Assembly (NCBI GenBank): GCA_964384905.1
Contig: CAYLND010000001.1
Coordinates: forward strand, 9,915 to 73,914
Direction: 5' to 3'
Origin: an uncultured Acidobacteriota bacterium
Lineage (GTDB): Bacteria > Acidobacteriota > Polarisedimenticolia > Gp22-AA2
Length of the DNA stretch: 64,000 nucleotides
Positions 62,155-64,000 of this stretch are shown in pieces (positions within the stretch are counted from its first letter, which is position 1; each line of letters begins with the position of its first letter). Under the pieces are notes generated by a model. The model had not been told where the DNA came from and ran no database searches. It was given only the letters and a program-made list of their open reading frames with translations. The position numbers and the translations under genes were made by a program.

Positions 62155-62956
62155 GTGGACGACGCCTTCGTCAGGTTCGACGACGTGCACAAGGCGTTTG
62201 GAGAGAAAAAAGTGCTCGATGGCGTCAGCTTCGAGATCCGCCGCGGCGAGACGATGGTGGTTCTGGGCGGCAGCGGCAGCGGCAAGTCGGTGCTGATTCG
62301 GCATATCATCGGCCTGCACCGCCCGGACCGGGGTCACGTCCTGGTGGATGGCGAGGATGTGGTCGCGTATGACGAGGAGGATCTGATCCCCGTCCGCAAG
62401 AAGGTCGCGATGCTGTTCCAGGGGGGCGCCCTGTTCGATTCGATGAGCGTCCTGGACAACGTTGCGTACGGTCTCCGGGAGCACACGGAAATGGAGGAGC
62501 GCAGGATCCGCGAGGTCGTTCGCGAGAAACTGGGGCTGGTGGGCCTGGAGGGGGTCGAAGGACTGATGCCCGCCGAGCTCTCAGGGGGCATGAAGAAGCG
62601 CGTGGCGCTCGCCCGATCGATCGCGATGGATCCACGGTGTATCCTCTACGATGAGCCGACGACGGGTCTCGACCCGGTGACCGCGAACACCATCAACGGG
62701 CTGATTCGTGATCTGCAACGCGGTCTTCAAGTGACGTCGGTCGTGGTGACCCACGACATCGCGAGCGCCTTTTTCGTCGGTGATCGGATCTCCTATCTGT
62801 ACGAGGGCAAGATGGATTTCGTCGGCACGGTCGAGGACGCCCGGCTCTCCAGGGAGCCGCGTCTGCGTCCGTTTCTGACCGGCGGCAGGGAAGGCTACCG
62901 TGCCACCTTCCAGGGCGACGAAGGAGGTCACCGGTGGGGCCTTCGTCTCGATCGGC
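62155..62956 (+). CDS. mlaF: MlaF-family ABC transporter ATP-binding protein. Its 3' end is undetermined: there is no in-frame stop until 63489.
   Basis: Walker A GGSGSGKS, signature LSGGMKKRV, Walker B ILYDEPTTGLD, H-loop; C-terminal PRLRPFLTGG motif reached near 62880 but frame stays open. Confidence 0.7.
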
Positions 62957-64000
62957 ATGATCCTGTTCGCCGTCGGGGTGATGGCCATCAGCAAGGAGCA
63001 GAGGCTGTTCGCGCGGAAGGTGAAGTACTGGACGCGCTTCGACAACACGAGCGGTCTGGCGGAAGGCTCCCCGGTTCGCCTCGTGGGAGTGCAGATCGGC
63101 ACCGTGTCCGAGATCGCGTTTCCCGACGACGTGCGAGAGACGAAGATCAAGGTCGTGTTCTCGGTCGACCGGGCCTATGCCGGCCGCATCCGGGCCGGCA
63201 CGCAGGCGCTGTTGAAGTCCATGACCTATCTGTCGCAGGACAAGTACATCGAGTTGACACCCGGGGATCCCGACCAGCCGGTCCTGCCGGCCAGCGGCTT
63301 CATCGAGCCGGGCGTGTCGGTCTGGGAGGAGACCATTCAGCAGAGCCAGGGGATCGCGGACGACGTCAAGGAGATCACGGCTTCCTTGCGGGACCTGCTC
63401 ATCGCCATCAATCGCGGCGGCGGCATCATGCAGGAGATGATCCACAACCCGGAGTTCGGCCGGCAGGGGGTGGCCAACCTCGAGGGTAGTCTGGCCTCGT
63501 TGCGCCGAACTCTCGAGGGCGTCGAGAAGGGCAAGGGTCTGGCGGGGTCGCTTCTAACCGACGAGCGATTCGCCAAGAAGGAGGCCGACAACATCGACGC
63601 CGCTCTCACGCACCTGCGCGCCATGATGGAGAAGCTGGACAGCGATCAGGGTTTCGTGTCGGCCCTGAGCTCGCCGGACGGTAAGGCGTCCCAGGCGATG
63701 GACGATTTCCGGGCGACGGCGGCTTCGCTGCGGAAATCCACCGAGAAGCTCAGGGAAGGGAAGGGGCTGATGGGCCGGCTCATGAACGACGAAGTCTATG
63801 CGGACGGCCTTCTGAAGAAGCTCGACAGCGCGGTGGGACATGCCGATTCGATCCTTCGCAAGGTGGATACGGGCAAGGGCACGCTGGGAGGGATCGTCAA
63901 CGATCCCGCGGTCTACCAGGGCCTGAAGGACGTCGTCGCCGGTATCGGGAAGAGTCGTATGGGGAAAGGGATCATCCGGCATTACGGAAAGAAAGGGGCG
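62900..64000 (+). CDS. mlaD: MlaD/MCE-family protein, 3'-truncated by window edge (GTG start, N-terminal TM, MCE domain, coiled-coil tail)
   Basis: Frame +1 relative to mlaF: TM helix AFVSIGMILFAVGVMAI, MCE motif RFDNTSGLAEGSPVRLVGVQIG; AGGGAAGG RBS before GTG. Confidence 0.7.
   Translation, partial: MPPSRATKEVTGGAFVSIGMILFAVGVMAISKEQRLFARKVKYWTRFDNTSGLAEGSPVRLVGVQIGTVSEIAFPDDVRETKIKVVFSVDRAYAGRIRAGTQALLKSMTYLSQDKYIELTPGDPDQPVLPASGFIEPGVSVWEETIQQSQGIADDVKEITASLRDLLIAINRGGGIMQEMIHNPEFGRQGVANLEGSLASLRRTLEGVEKGKGLAGSLLTDERFAKKEADNIDAALTHLRAMMEKLDSDQGFVSALSSPDGKASQAMDDFRATAASLRKSTEKLREGKGLMGRLMNDEVYADGLLKKLDSAVGHADSILRKVDTGKGTLGGIVNDPAVYQGLKDVVAGIGKSRMGKGIIRHYGKKGA

Overview
This is a high-GC (~70%) bacterial chromosomal segment with tightly packed, often translationally coupled genes and no rRNA, tRNA, CRISPR or mobile-element signatures that I could detect by eye. 

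The first ~36 kb is mostly housekeeping: guaB (3' part), nnr-rimI-like-tsaE, aroC, a DmpA-family peptidase, an alkyltransferase-like (ATL) protein, a heterodimeric ABC exporter coupled to tmk-holB, ribF, pgpA, rimO, asnS, an EF-G paralog, nfo, a queE-queC-queA-tgt queuosine block, an lpxH-like gene, a class-IV aminotransferase, a CDF transporter and carA-carB. 

From ~36.2 to 60.5 kb lies a large accessory glycan-biosynthesis locus, detailed under findings. It contains an atypical thiolase-acyl-CoA dehydrogenase-Wzx-GT2 coupled operon. It contains a SAM-methyltransferase-DUF362-CapK/PaaK-like ligase-MBL-hydrolase operon. It encodes a fused MDR-dehydrogenase/Gfo-Idh-MocA oxidoreductase, a GT-C membrane transferase and a 1039-aa outer-membrane fusion protein. 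It lacks recognisable Wzy/Wzc/Wza and a priming phosphoglycosyltransferase. This is the most likely undescribed system in the window. 

The window ends with plsC and an mlaE-mlaF-mlaD operon, where mlaF has no in-frame stop at its expected C-terminus. 

Other points of interest are an EF-G paralog lacking the catalytic His, an asymmetric ABC heterodimer, an ATL protein and a Cys-rich lipoprotein. Many long antisense or alternate-frame ORFs in the track are GC-driven artefacts.
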